From: Marsupella aquatica
Lineage: Eukaryota > Plantae > Marchantiophyta
Direction: 5' to 3'
Assembly (NCBI GenBank): GCA_973895155.1
Contig: OZ316899.1
Coordinates: forward strand, 5,149,241-5,213,240
DNA: 64,000 bases
In this document: positions 1 through 13,675 of the stretch, in pieces
How positions within the stretch are numbered: the stretch's first letter is position 1
How the letters are laid out: every line of letters begins with the position of its first letter
Position numbers and translations under genes: made by a program
The notes under the pieces: model-generated
Database searches by the model: none
Seen by the model: the letters and a program-made list of their open reading frames with translations, nothing else
Told to the model about the DNA's origin: nothing

Positions 1-3000
1 AGCCAAGCAAGATCCAAGATCCCATTCCAAGAAAAGCACAAGCCAACACCATTCATCCTTGCCCTAGAAGAATCGACAAACATACATTGTAAAGTCCCCG
101 TGGACGCCTCCATCCAAGCAGCAAGATTGAACTAGCCTCATTTCTCTAGTACATCAAAATCCAACGCAATCCCACTTCCAATACATGTCCCATCAGCTCA
201 ATCCATCAAGAAATGGCTGCAAAATCCCTCCCAAAAACCATCGTAACTCCTTCACCAACGCAGTCTCAGCTCTACCCAAGCACTCACAACACACGCAACT
301 CCGCCTTGCAATGGGACAGCCCTCAATGCAACCTCAGTAGGCATCCAGTATATGCTCAGTTCTTGGCAAGAGGAATCTCAGAAAATCTGGCCTCAATGCC
401 CCAAGAAGCCACCAAAGCCCCCCCCCCCAAAAAAAATCTCTGCACGATGGGAGAAGAGTCTCAAAATGTTCCATGCTCATCCCCAAGTCGAGGACACCAC
501 TTGATGTACAGCTTAGGCCTCAATTCATGAACATTTGATAGCACAGTCTCCATAGATCTCTCCAGCAATAGCACAACCAAAGATCTCCACTCCTTTCACT
601 AGAGTCAATAAATCTTTTCAGCCAGACCCAATATCAGGGTTGAGTGTCCCCGGTCTCCATTCTGCAGCATGTACAAGTCCCCCCATCTCAATTCACTTAA
701 CAGCACCAAATTGATCAGCAAGCTTGCTTCTTGCTAATCAACAAATGGCAGCGTGAATGACAAGTCGAATCTATCAGGTAACAGAATTATAGTTGTGCAC
801 CACCAAGATTTTCCAACAAGCTCTTACATCTCAGCACTCATGCCCTACAGCTCCCTCAGCGCCATCCCTCGGCAGGAGGGCCAAGCCCACTATGCCTTGA
901 TCTCTCAATCTGTGCCATGCAACGACACTCCTGAGCCACCTTAAAAGTGCCTCCATAATCAAATTGAATAAGCCTAGCTTCTCATGATCAATCCACATAG
1001 CTCTCATAGTTATGCATAGCTCTTGTGCGCAACACCCCAACTGAAAACCTTGTGTTCTCTTCCTGCCTAGCCAAATTCTGTAAAACTGCCAGCAAGATAG
1101 TTGCAAGCCACCAAGATCTAATCCAACGCCCTTGCGCCCGTAGTTGCAACCAGGATGCTCGTATAAACTTGTGCTTTTGTCTAATTCAAAGGAACTCCAT
1201 CTCAAGGAAGGATAAATGATTTGCTCCTGCCAAGTTTGGCCCGCACTCAAAATAAATCGCGATCAGGATCCATAAAAAGCCGGATTCAGCCATCATAGCC
1301 AGCCTTGGGTTCAAGCTCTGTTAATTCAAACATCATTGTTACAATTGAGTATCCTGCGTAGAGCCCATTGTTGTCAAAGTAGAACTCACCTTCTCAAGTG
1401 GGAAAGAGCCCAAGCTAGCCATCCCGCCGCAAATCTTGTTGAGACAAATGAGCCTTTCCAGTAGACATGATTTGTCCAGGCCTTAGGCACTCAAGCCGTA
1501 ACGCTTTCCAAGCAATTGCATGCTTAATCATCTAGGTTTCAAGTGAACACAACTCCGCTTACAGCTCAAAACAAAGAAACCCTTCTACCGCAAGTAACCA
1601 AATCTGAACAAAACTCAGCTTCAATGCATTTTGCAGATAGCTCTCGCCCTCCCGATCATGAAGCATGGAAGAAATCCTTTTATCAGCCATAGCACAGAAA
1701 GAGAAGGGATCCCTAACAAGAAGCTCTCAGTTCTCAACATTCTCCCAGCTCCGTTCAGCGCCCATTTGCCGGAAACATTATCCTTTGGTTTCCAAAAACT
1801 GCCAAGTTCTAAATAAGGGCCACACAATATTAGTGGTGAAGTGCCTCCCTCAATACAACAACAGCTCCTCACCAAGACATTCTATGGTAGAACACGTGCA
1901 TGACAAAGACTCATCAGCAAGTAATCTAATTTTGGGCATTCACATGGAGGTTGCAATTTGACACGACAATCCCACTTCAATATTTCCTGATCTAACGTAT
2001 TCTCTCTGTGAAATGAAAAATTCTTCATATTCTTTCTTCAGAATTGAGGACTTCATAACTCAATCGAGAATTCATCTACACACACATGCGCTCGCGCGCT
2101 ATCACCCAAGGCAAAGCCAAAGGATCTTGCTTGAAACACTTTCTCATGATGTTCAAAATCATTCTTCTCTGCCACGGGTGACTCTTCAGAGCCCTGAAAT
2201 TATTTGATAGTCACGCCTACTACGATTACCGCCTCATTAGTGAGCTAGAAGCAAATCTTTTGCAAGATGAAGCAGGCCGAGGAAGGGTCAGCAACTTAGT
2301 TGGAGAATCGGAAACTCCAGCTATAAAACACATATTCCCAAGTGATCGCTACACCAGCGAACGTTCACAAACACGTCCTAAAGTATCACAATATTGTCAC
2401 CAATCCTCACTTCCTTATAGAATACACAGTGACACGAGGGGAAGATTTGATGAAGAAGCAAAATATGTTTTCAAAGGCCTAACTCTGTAAATCCAAGCTC
2501 CCAATTCGCAAATCCATCTTATTCCACTACGTACCATGACCGAAATCTCATACCCTAAAAAGATGCCTTGCAGCTCCCACACACTACTTTGTCCCAAAAT
2601 ACAGATCCCGGCTCTTACACAAACCCAGGAAAAGATCCTGGGAAAGATAAACCCGGGACCTGATCACCTCTTCCACTTACTACGACCGTGTCTCAGCAAG
2701 GATTCCAAAGATGAAGACAAAAGAAAATGCACTACGAGATGGGGTGAATAATCGACTGACAGCCAAGAATAGAAGAGCAAACAACAAAAACCCACCTTGC
2801 AACACTCACAAAATGCTGTCATCGGCTCTGCATTGTCGCAGCCCGCTGACTGCCCGTATGATGAATTATTTTATTGCGCATGAAGCACTACTGTAAAACT
2901 GCAAAACCAACAACTTAACTCGAACGATGGGCTGAATGATAGTTACTTTCCAAAGCTCTCATTGTCTTCGCACGCCCTCACACCACTCAACTGTTGAAGG

Positions 3001-3699
3001 GATTATAGAGCTCATCGGAAAATAGATTCAATCTTGGCATGGAAGACCAAGTGCACAGAGGAATAACTAGAAGCAAGCGCAACCGGACTACAAAGCTAAT
3101 CTTGGAATCGACAACAATCTTACAATCAACTCAATCGGGCGAAAGATGAACGACGGCTAAAGATGAATGGCTAATCTTGGAATCGACAGCAAAACTGTGA
3201 AGACATACTCTATAGACTACATCCAAAGGACTACAATGGCGCTTCTCACGAAGCTAGTTGGAAACCGGACCCTGCAGCGCATTGGAACAGATTGCAGCAC
3301 AAAAAATTAAGACACCATATTTACATTCACTAAAATAGACCGAAGGCAATAAAGATGCACAAACACAAACGATTCAACAAAGGAATATACAGGGCTATAG
3401 GCTAGATCTTACCATCAAGAATGCTACTCCTCAACTTGAATTACGATAATGCAGCCCGCGCGTCGCTGCCCCAATCCATAGCCCTTAACATTTCCCCTCA
3501 CCTTCCTCACAAACGAAGGACGAGCCTCACTGCCAACCTTTCTTCTCCACAGACAGAGACACGGAGCACCGGAGACAGCGAGTCAACCACGAGCAAAAGC
3601 AAGGGACGGCAACGAGCAGGAGGATCAACTCCTTCCAACTACACCCATCCCCCATCAACTACGACTAGCTTTACAACGACCTAACTTGGCCGAATAGCT

Positions 3700-4075
3700 T
3701 TACAGACCCATACACCACTTACCTTAGTTTACACAGTCTACTTACGTTTACACTTCACCCCAAAAGAGCCTAAAGACCACTTAGTCTACTTAAACTTTAC
3801 CTCACAAACCAATTACATTATACTATAGAATAGGAGGAATGGTAACACTCTATCCTCCCAAAAGAAAGTAGGGGAGGTTTTAATGAGGTTACATCCCCCC
3901 CAATTTATTCTCCTTTTCATGAGGCCATATTTTAAAGATACAACAATTACACTCCACATATATGGTAGACTTGTTGGTTGCACCATAACATGTTTCCACG
4001 GTACAACCAAGGGGGAGTGTTATAACCCAAGGTTGAGTCTACCATTAACCTGGGTTAAACCTCCTTGGCCACGTA
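3700..4075 (+). mobile_element. 3' UTR, polypurine tract and start of 3' LTR of a Bianca-type Ty1/copia fragment
   Basis: CAAGGGGGAG|TGTTATAACCCAAGG at ~4008-4032 (PPT then TG LTR start at 4018). 3840-3900 is near-identical to the reverse complement of 35900-35960, the 3' UTR of the minus-strand copia. Left and right limits are approximate. Confidence 0.7.
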
Positions 4076-4276
4076 GCAAAAACCTACTTTTCCATAGCGA
4101 TTGAAGCTCGAAGTCTAATGCTTTAATCTACGTCCTAAGTGAAAGTTTGCGAATCAAGCAAGGCAACCCTGTTTGAATATTTGGTGACCATCAAGCTCCA
4201 CCCCTCCTTTCTCACTAACGTTCCCCCATGTGGCCTGTTGGTCTCTTTCCAATGTTCCCCTTATCTTACTCTTTTA

Positions 4277-4366
4277 AAGGCATACCTCACGAGTAGAATA
4301 TCCAGGTAAACTAAGAAAATGAAGGCATACCTCACGAGTAGAATATCCAGGTAAACTAAGAAAATG
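4277..4366 (+). repeat. Exact 45-bp tandem duplication
   Basis: AAGGCATACCTCACGAGTAGAATATCCAGGTAAACTAAGAAAATG at 4277-4321 and again at 4322-4366. Confidence 0.95.
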
Positions 4367-5539
4367 ATGATATATCCCAAATGGTATGTGAGTGACTTAA
4401 CAAACTTCATTCTTGTTGGCTAAACTTAGTTATAGTTGCAACTTCCACAATAGTTATAGAAATGACTTCCCAAGAATTCTCCAAAACTCAGTCCAACACT
4501 TGTAACTAAAATGACACCAACAACCTAGGAGTCACAAATTTTGGAAGGTCTCAATGGAGTCACTTAAGGCAGGGTCTCAGAATGGCCCGGTTTCTTCTAG
4601 TGGCGCCATCCCTTTTAGAGAGGGCGAACATGGAGGTAGGAGGCATGAGTGGGCACAGCGGGCGCAGACCTCCAAAATTAGGATTAGGATCAAGACCAAG
4701 AAGCAGCCCTGACACTTAGTTAGTGGGATTGCACATCCATTGGTAAGAGCAACACTTGTGCTCTTGCCCGCTGTACATAGGTAGATTTCACTTAGGAGTA
4801 GATTTGGCTTATGCAGCAAGGAAAAAGGTAGGTATGCTATCGGGATAAATACCTGGTCAACTGGGACCCCAAGGCCTTCTTCTTAAGCAAGTTTTTAGTG
4901 CACCAGCAAGGCTGGAATCAGTTAGTAAAGAGAATATCTCGGTTAGTTATGCAGTGATCTTTGTGTATGTTTATGTTTCCTCATGCCTAAGAGTTGAATA
5001 GAGTTGGCCTTCCGGCTTAGTTCGCAGACCTTGTGCATAAGAAGTACTCCTTGTATGGCAATGGCATGGTATACCTTATTCAGTAGGAGTCATCTTTCTA
5101 ATTGTGTGTTGCATCAACTTGTGTGAAGATTGCCCACATCAACTAAGGAGAGAAAGTAAGTTACAAGCAGGGAGAGTTGGATGTGTTGAGCTAAGAGGGC
5201 TCTTAGCGGCTACCCAAGCCGATTGGGCATCATTTTGGGGGCGGAATCCAAACATACCTAAAGGAAGACTGATAGAAGAGATGGAAGTGAGGCCTAGAAT
5301 AAGTCGGGTACATATCTCATGACCCGATGAAGGATCTGTCCAATATATGTGGTTAAAACGTTAGTATAGTAGTGAGAGGAAAGCAACATCCCATGCCGAT
5401 AAACCTTGGAATCGGCCTTGGCAAGGAAGAAATCAGGGGGAATTGGCTTGCTCAGGGAGGGTTCTTGGGTCCAGAGAGGCATGGGACGCGCCACAGAAAT
5501 CCACATGCCATAGGTAGGTATTCAAGATTGCTTATCCAA

Positions 5540-5956
5540 AGCTGAAAGTTCTTTGGATAGAGCTTACCATATTGAGGCATTGGAGGAAGCCCGGGTACTC
5601 GCTGCCGACACGCAGCAAAGCAACAGGAAAATTCCAAGAAACAACACAACAAAGGTCTACGGAAGGTTGTCCTTGTGATAGGGGACCTGGTCCTCCTGTA
5701 CGATAGCAGGTACATGCAATTTCCCGGGAAGCTGCATACTCGCTGGTTGGGACCTTTCCTTGTCAATAAGATCTACCCAAATGGGTCTATCAAGCTCGCA
5801 ACGTATGCCAACAATTTACTTCCCACACAAGTTAGTTACGACCGTGTGAAAAAGTACCATCATCAAGACGACACCACAGATAGCAATGTTTGCAAGGATG
5901 CTTCACAGTTAAGCAAGGAGCTATGTAACACTGCCAACACGGCTGGTAATGAGTAA
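5540..5956 (+). pseudogene. Gypsy integrase C-terminal fragment
   Basis: GDLVLLYDSR...PGKLHTRWLGPFLVNKIYPNGSIKLAT...VSYDRVKKYH matches the Athila/Tat-type GPY/F region. Confidence 0.8.
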
Positions 5957-7601
5957 TACAGTTTAACCCATGCTAAGCATGTACAAAGTAGACTTAGGAA
6001 TCCATAGTTATTAGTATAACGACACAAATAAGCTAGTCATGATGTTTACGACAAGTTTAGTCAATAATGAGCATTCACGCTCGTGTTGGCGGCACTGCAC
6101 CAAACGTACCGTCGGATTAGGGGCTTGTTATTGCCGTCCACCTCGGATCCATATAACTGATCCGAAGGCGGCGCTTTGACACACCCTGACCCGGACCTGA
6201 GGAGTGGTTGGTACACTTTGAACGTGAGGGACTCGGCCTATCAAAGAAGGAGGAGCCAATCGGTTGACGTCCCGCAAGGGTATAAAAAGCAAGCTCTTCC
6301 GTGACTCTGAATCATCAGTTCACTCCTCGCGCCAGCTTTGCTATCAGCTCCTCTGTCTCCTCCTTAGCAACCCAGCACACCTTGCCATATGACCGGCCCT
6401 ATCCTTTCTAGTTCAACTGTCCAGTTTTGGTATCAATTCCTTTTGATAGGAAGTCATCTTGCCGCTTTGCTTGTTGATACCAATCCGTGGAGGTATGCCA
6501 TTGAGAAGCATTTCAAATGACAAGTCCGTCTGCTAGGCCATTCCCATTGGATCTCTGACTTTGGACTCAACCTTGAGAGCAAGTACTGCAAGGACAAAGA
6601 GATCTCTGAACTCTTCTTTGATGGAGATAAGTACATCGGCTTTGGGGAAGCCATCCTTTGCCTCCCCAACGAGGTCTTCCAAATTCCTGGGACCATCAAC
6701 CTGGAATGGCACCACTTCAACAATATTTTTGCCGAAGCACAGGCACTCACCCAGCCTAGACATACCACTACCCAGGTGTGCGGTTCAACCTTGGCTTCTA
6801 TGGCACCTCCTCCAGCCGTACCAGTGGCCAATGCACAGGCACAGACCCCACCCCGCGCTCCGTCAAGCCACTCCCCACCACCGGTCGCACCAACCGCTCG
6901 GGTACATTCCGTGGTGAACCTAAGCTTGGAGGATGAGGAGGTTCCTCCACCCCTTGTCCGTTAACCATCAGGGACGCACCGACCCGGGACGGGTAACACA
7001 TCTCCGTCCCAACAGGCCCAAACCCAAGAGGCGCCCCAACGGGGGCCCCAATAGACAACACGGTGACGGTTGCAGCCCCGGCACCAGTTCTAATGGTGGT
7101 ACCAATACCACAGCCAGAGCGAGAAGATGGGGAGATGTCCCCCTCCACGAGTCACCCCGGGAACCAACCCCAGAGTAGGAAGAGGAAGGAGCCGGCTATA
7201 GTATCCGGACTACCCGTGGCCACCGTCGCAGTGGCCAAGTTGGCCATGCATTGCATGGGGGAAAATGTCCACAAAAACATTCTCCACCCAAAGCATGCAT
7301 CTTACCTAAAGACCCAAGGGCTTGAACAACGCGCCGCCCTCCCTTGGAACACTTGCAGGTACTACAGGCAGATATGACGGAGTTCATCCAGAACTTCAAC
7401 AAGGCCCACCAACAAACCCACACGCACGGACAGGTAATGTCCCTAAACAAGGAGCGGCTAAAGCTCATCTTCAGCCTACCCAAGGGACATAATTGGATGG
7501 AGTCAGGAGCCCCAGGGGAGCGAAGTACCAATCTTCCAGCTTCCCAGCCAAGGGGCGATGGACAACGGCTTCCTGATGAGGACATGCCTCATCCCGGAGA
7601 T

Positions 7602-9820
7602 TGTGATACCATGGTTATAACTAAGGAAATTAAAAAGTGCAAAAATTTAAAAATGTTCAACTTTTAGTGGTTAACGGCGTATACTTTGACTGGAAAAGAC
7701 CATAACAAACTATTTTGCAGTATCAAATCCGGAAATATCCGGATAGCACCCTTTTCGGAACTCTTAAGTAACGGCATCGTTGAGCCATGCGAGAAGGCGT
7801 GGGAGAATGAATATTAAAACCATAAGTCTGACGTCCGACCGGAGACCAGAAGTTGGTGATCGAGTTCTTAAGACCACGCCAGACCGAGCATTCCTCACAC
7901 CACCGAACTGCTGCATAAATCTTTCGCAAGGAATCACAGGAGAGAATAGAGCCGGACGAGGCTGCCATTTCGAGGCAATAGTTGAAAGGAAGTTGGTTAC
8001 GGGGGAAGTGGGTGATCGTTCGATTGAGTGGGGAAGTGAAGATTTGATTTCAATTTCCGGATTTGATATTTCCAGAATTTTGTGAAGGGAGTTTAATTTG
8101 GATTCTTCCTCTCCATCTCCTAATCATGGTGAAGAGAAAGGACCCGGATTTTGCCCCGGACAAATCCGGAATCCGGACGCTACCAAAGCGGATGACCAAG
8201 GAGCAGACAGTTGTTGTGAACGAAAAGCCATTGCGACCGGAAATTCCCACGGATTCAGCAAGGAAGGACCGCTTGCAAGGGAACCTTGAGACCATGGGTT
8301 GTGCAAAGTTGATGGAGTTGCCATGGGGATACCAGAGTGCAATATTTGTGAAGGAGGTCTAGAATCATACGACCCTTGCTTCGGAATTTCCGGATTCGAT
8401 CAGAGCAAAACCGGAAAAGTGGACCGCAGCAGTTATCTCTTCTCTTTTGGATGTGCCTTTGAAGGGAGAGGGCTTCCTGACCTCCAAGAATGCCTTTGCG
8501 GATAACTATTTTGATGGTGAGGTGGATCCGAAGGATGGTTGGAAGGTGTCTCAGTGCTGTAATGAGGAGTTCTACGACGTCCTGTCCTTTCTGCTTCCAC
8601 TTCTTTCCCCTGCCAAGCCTCGACGAGTTACAATCCGGATTGGAAATACTATTGCTGCTTCTTACATAGGGGAGAAGAAGATTTCCTGGGCCAAAGTTTT
8701 GGAGGAAGTTATAGCCAACCAGGTTCGGGATCTTCATTTGAAGACTCCCACATCCCTTTCTTGCTATCTAGCTAATCTTTACGCAATGGACCGGATTCTT
8801 ACAGATGAAGAAGCAGAGGAGTATGAGAATCAAGCCATGTTAGCCCAACTCGGAGATCCGGATCGACAACCATCTGAAGGGACTGAGTCTAAAGAAGAAC
8901 CGATTGTGGAAGTGCGACCTCCCAGGCCGCTGAAGAAATTTGTGCAGAGTCCGGAACCGGATCCTGTTGATGTTCCGGAACCTGTCTGGAGACCGAAAAG
9001 TAGAGGAAGTCTTCCAGGTGTGACCCCCAGTTCAAAGTGGACGGCATCAGCAGAGTTGGAGCATGTCCGGATTTTCTTGGAGAGTGCAGCCGGAAAGACA
9101 AAACAACTTGAGGACCTTGTTGGGACGGTTGCTGAGATGCTCAACTGCAGCCCGGTTGTCATCGTTTCCACTCTGGACATGGTGATCAAGAGTCAGGCTA
9201 AGAAGCGGATCTGGGACTTGGAGGATCAGGCCTTCAAGGACAGACAGAAGATTGACTCTTTGGTGGACCAGTTGGATGCTGCAGAGAAGAAGTTGGAGGA
9301 ACACCTGAAGATCCGGAAACTACTGAATGCTGCAGTTACCAGTGTTCAGGAAGCACTTCATGTACCAGTCCTGAGCTTGTTGGAGAGATACCAATTCAAG
9401 CATTCTAGTACCGTCATCATTTGTTGACCAGAAAGAATTCTTGGTTTGATAGCTAGATCTCCATGTCAATTTTTACTTAATATTTGATGTCTATTCTAAT
9501 TCGACCATGTTATGAGCTCTATTGCGTTCTGAATCTTAAAAATCCAGAATCCTGTTGATTTGTTGGGGATCATCATTTTCCATCATCTCTTCTCATGAGT
9601 CGATTGATAAGACATTCTTACTAGTCCTTTTCCATGCCTTTCTTTAATTATTAGTTTTTGTGCATTGATTACTATCAATCCTCAGGAGAGAGAACTCCTT
9701 GGTGAGGTTATGCCTTCTGATCTTTTTAGTACCAATTTGCTTTTCATTCACTCTTACAGGGAACGAATTCAGGTCTTTAGAGGTTAAAGTGTTCGTTAAC
9801 AGTCTGACCACTCTACCACA
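7602..9820 (+). mobile_element. Solo-LTR-like unit A (2219 bp) with internal ORF
   Basis: TG...CA ends; TSD GAGAT at 7597-7601 and 9821-9825; family motif CTCTTACAGGGAACGAAT near the 3' end. Confidence 0.9.
8126..9427 (+). pseudogene. LTR-embedded ORF of unknown function (family shared with 27296-29715 and 53272-54992)
   Basis: ORFs 8063-8362 and 8447-9427 are in one frame, split by a single TAG at 8360. Conserved blocks LxxMGCxxLxxxPW, EFxxxIRAxPxxWT, KDGWxVxQC, VLxFLxPLLxPxKP, ISWA; C-terminal coiled coil. Confidence 0.75.
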
Positions 9821-12800
9821 GAGATTGCGGAGTGGCTAGAGTTTCAAAGGTATGCCCTCCACACGATGGAGCCGCGGGGTGAGATATCCGCTGCCTAGGT
9901 GATCTAGGTTAAGAACTACTGGCCTAGGAAGTGGGCTTCTTTCTTCGTGAAGAAGTTCCACAAAGAGATGGAGCGACGGAGGAAAACCTTGTACCTCGGG
10001 GGGAAGGCGTATCTCACAAGCCACATCGAGATCACTATCAAGTGGTACGCCCATTTTGATCGACGAACCCTCCCAAGGTGCAACAAGCCCAAACCCACCC
10101 CGGCTAGATGGGTCTTCCCGGCTCAGGAGAGGCGGCCACAACCCAAGAGCCAAAGTCCAGCACCTGTGGTGTCCCCCCCAACCCCACAAACAACTGTTGA
10201 GGCACCTTCTTCTATGCCGGACTCGGTGGTTATTGCAACCCTGGATGCCCAAAACCAGGCCCGTGCAATCACAGCCAAGCGGGTTGAAGCTGGCCCCAAA
10301 CCAAAGGCCGTGATTCCGGAGGGGACCTCGGTGCCCTCCACAATTGTACGAGCAGGTCCCCTTTTTTGTTCCGGAAACCCCTCCCCCTCTACTCTTACCA
10401 CCCCGGGGCTGGACGTGACAGCTCTGGCCTCTACCCGAGTTGAGGTCTGTCCCTGCCCAAACCCGACTGGGCAGAGCTTGGTGAACCCAAAACTCTTTGC
10501 ACTGGGCAGTATTTGAATGGGTTGCTGGGCGACTTCTCCCAACAGGTTGGTCGGGACATGGGGGAGTTCATGGCCCACAAGGTGGCCTACTTCTTCAGCC
10601 AAGAGCTGGTGGCAACGGTGAAGGCAAGGCAGGCTCAAGCCAAAGCCGTGGCGAAGGTTGAGCGGTTGGGCGGAGGCAACCCAACTATTAGATGAAGCCT
10701 TAAGCCAAGATACCAAGCTACAACTTCTCCGGCCTCAGCTTACGACCGCTCTGGCCCAGGTCACCAAGGCTAAAGCCAAGTTAGCCTTGGCCATAAAAGT
10801 TGGAGCCGGAGCCGGAAAGGATGCCAAAATCTCACGGCTCCGGGCCCAGATTGATAGCTTTAAAGGGAAAGTCATTATTTGGCAGAAGAACGTAGAGGAG
10901 GCCGACGCTCAGGCCCAGAGGGATGCAGCAGAGGTGGATGCCCTGAAAGCAGAAGTGGCATGGCTTCTACAGGAAGCTACTAAGCAGGACCAACTGGTGG
11001 CGCAACTGACAAGCAACGGGCAGCAGTTGGAAGAGGCGTGTCAAGAGGCCGCGGAGGAGACAAATGCGGTAAAGCAAGAGGACGAGTTTCTCCTGGACCA
11101 AGTCCAGATCCTTAGGCAAGACGCCGACCAGATGAGGAGACAACGGGACGGCCGCTCCAAGTCCAACTTGGGTGGGTCTGGCAAACGTGCCAGACATTAG
11201 CGGCGCGACAAGTTTAGAATAGAGTAGGTTTAGCTAGGGAGGTCAAACACTGAAGACAAGCGCCAAAACTAGTTAGTGGCGCTGTCCTATTTGACCAAAC
11301 TTCTTTTAGCATAGAATCTTAGGATAAGACACGCCGTTTTGAGGCCTGGCACTAGCTGCATTTAGGGTAGACTAGATTCAAGCACGTGACCGTTCCAGGC
11401 CACGGTTCTTAGTTAGTATTTAGTGCACCCCCTGGTAGAGGCAAGGGGGGGAATTTAGGTTTAGAATTGGGTATCCGTAGGATGTGCAGGGAGTCCCGAC
11501 CTTAGTGAATAATAGAGCACCAAGGAGTGAGTGTACAACTAAGCTCATTGAGCAAGTGCGGAGCCGGGCTCCATTGTAGTGTATGCCTTCCTGCCGTTGG
11601 GCTTGTTTATTCCCAAAGAAGTCGAGTCAACTGTGTATACGTGTATGACGGATTTTGAAGTAAAGTCTTTCCCCATCATTTCCTTTGTGTAAACCGAGAT
11701 TGTATGTTGTGGAATCTGTTGTAGTCATAAATCTTGTATACGGGTAGAGAGCGCTCGGTCAAATGCATTATATGAGCTGTGCACGGGGTGACGGCTGCGG
11801 ATAGTGGTTGCGAGCCTGGGTTAGATACCCTATCATTGGATCCGGATTGGAGGCGGACAGCACAAAGGCTTAGAAGTCCTTAAGCCGGGGTCGATCCCGT
11901 TATCGACTTAAGGTACATTCCGGCGGCAAAACACAAAGCATACGTGTGATGCGTGTAAGAATAAGATCTGATGCGGTTAGCATCAAGTTTCAGGAATAAG
12001 TACCGTTTGCACGTCCCTCCTTGCCCAAAACCTCAATACTAATAGAGCTTATGGCCGCCTCAGCCAAAATCCGTGTAAGGACGGATCTTTTGGCATGACA
12101 CCACAACAGAGAGGTCAAGACATAACCGGTCCTAGAGCCAAACAGGACAATCCGATTACATGCTACAGGTGTGGAACTAAAGGACACACACAAAAGGTAT
12201 GTCAAGCCCCTGCCCACTTAGTAGCACTTTATAAAAAGAGCTTAGCACAACTGGAATTTGAAACTCATGGAGCCTTCATTGAATCTGCTGAGATTTTACC
12301 TGAAATTCACTTGGTAAGTCAAACCTCTACCACGAACAATTTGGACTTCTGCATAGTTGACAGTGGGACAACCCACACCATTATGCAAGAGAGAAAATAC
12401 TTTAGTAAAATAATTCCCTCTCAAAGATGAGTTACTACAATACTGGGACAACACCAGCCCAAGGAGGAGATGGCCCTACCATAGTAATTCTACCAAAAGG
12501 AACAACTATACATATAACAGCAGCAATATATGCCCTGAAAAGCCACAAGAAACCTACTCAGCTTCAAGGACATCTGGGCCAACAACCTGCACACACACAC
12601 TAATATGATCAATACAAAGGAAGTGTTGCACATTATGGCTAAAACACCTGCTAGAAATGAAGTGAAAGAAACCTTGATAGCCTACCCTCTGGGATACTAT
12701 GCCACAAGAACACAAAGTTACCATGTTTCCATACGACCTCCCTCAATCACGGACACATGGCATCGGAGACTAGGCCACCCAGGCACCAGTATGTTCCATA

Positions 12801-13675
12801 GAATTATCAAGGACATGCAGGGGATACCAAACGGGGGTTTGTATGGTGCGAGGAAACAGGAGATATTGACAGCGAGGTTAATGGTTGCTAGCGAGGTAAA
12901 ACTAATGGTCAGAGTGGCAAATTGGGAGTATAGTGAGACTTCTACAACAGAAATGAATCTTTTTTCCAGAATGGGATCATACAATGTTATGTCCAGCGAG
13001 GTCGCTAGCCTTCAATCATTGACAAACCATATGAATAAACACAAGCTAGTAAAACACCAGGCGGATATGAAAAGGCATAGTGAATGAATCAACTCAGATT
13101 TCAAACCCGTTTCGAAGTCATATTTCCAAAAAGTGTACTGCCTCCAATACTTTGTCAAAACTGACAGTAAGTGAGTAAACTGTCAAGGGTATCGTTCTAT
13201 TCCCTCATAAAATCATAAGTCACTTGAATGACTTTCATCCGACTCTATATCATTCCTACTACTAGTATTGCTCTGGTCACTACTGAAATCCCGATCAGTT
13301 GACTCAGCAGACTCATCAACATATTGTTTAACAAGGCATGCCTCATCGTCAACAAAAGGCAAGCAATATAAATTTTGTCTGGCGCCACGATGTGACCTAC
13401 GACCTTTGCCTTCCCAGGAGATTACAAAAGCATCATCCAACTGAATTGTCGACTTCTCTGCATAGAAAGACAGAGTAAATGTCTTATGAGGAGAAACAAT
13501 GCAAGATTCTTCAATCTTCCTTCAAAGCCAAAATCTCTCTTCAGAAAACCAGTCGACACGAGAATCTCTGAAATCATGAAAACAATGAGAGCACTATCAA
13601 TGAAATATCCAATTGAAAGACAATAGCCAATTGATTAAAGCAAAGGGATCTGGTATAAGCGAGAGGACCAGTACA

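Larger units (their letters stand above)
6389..11200 (+). pseudogene. Degenerate gypsy accessory ORF(s) between pol and 3' LTR, interrupted by the 7602-9820 insertion
   Basis: GC-rich frameshifted ORF pieces: Pro-rich at 6776-7600 and 9947-10516, coiled-coil at 10658-11200. No recognised domain. Confidence 0.4.
5540..12100 (+). mobile_element. 3' part of a deleted Ty3/gypsy (Athila/Tat-like) retrotransposon: integrase C-terminus, long accessory region, PPT, putative 3' LTR
   Basis: Integrase tail at 5675-5870. Purine tract AGAGGCAAGGGGGGGAA at 11437-11453, then non-coding LTR-like sequence to ...TGACA at 12100, where copia gag begins. No matching 5' LTR seen. Confidence 0.6.

Noticed and set aside
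1-3400. Strand-biased sequence that looks like a decayed minus-strand gene
   Set aside because: Partial manual translation gave many stops and no recognisable domain; needs tblastx or HMM search.
4590-4615. TGGCGCC PBS-like motif as the 5' end of the gypsy element
   Set aside because: The upstream sequence does not match the putative 3' LTR at 11454-12100 and no gag is recognisable.
10123-10716. Long antisense ORFs (also 8255-8737, 44995-45483, 48880-49449, 57500-57973)
   Set aside because: Shadow or alternate frames overlapping better-supported TE genes.
13213-13457. Extra terminal exon of the ParB-MTase gene
   Set aside because: An acceptor is present, but the obvious donor at 13679 gives a phase mismatch, so it was not included in the gene model.
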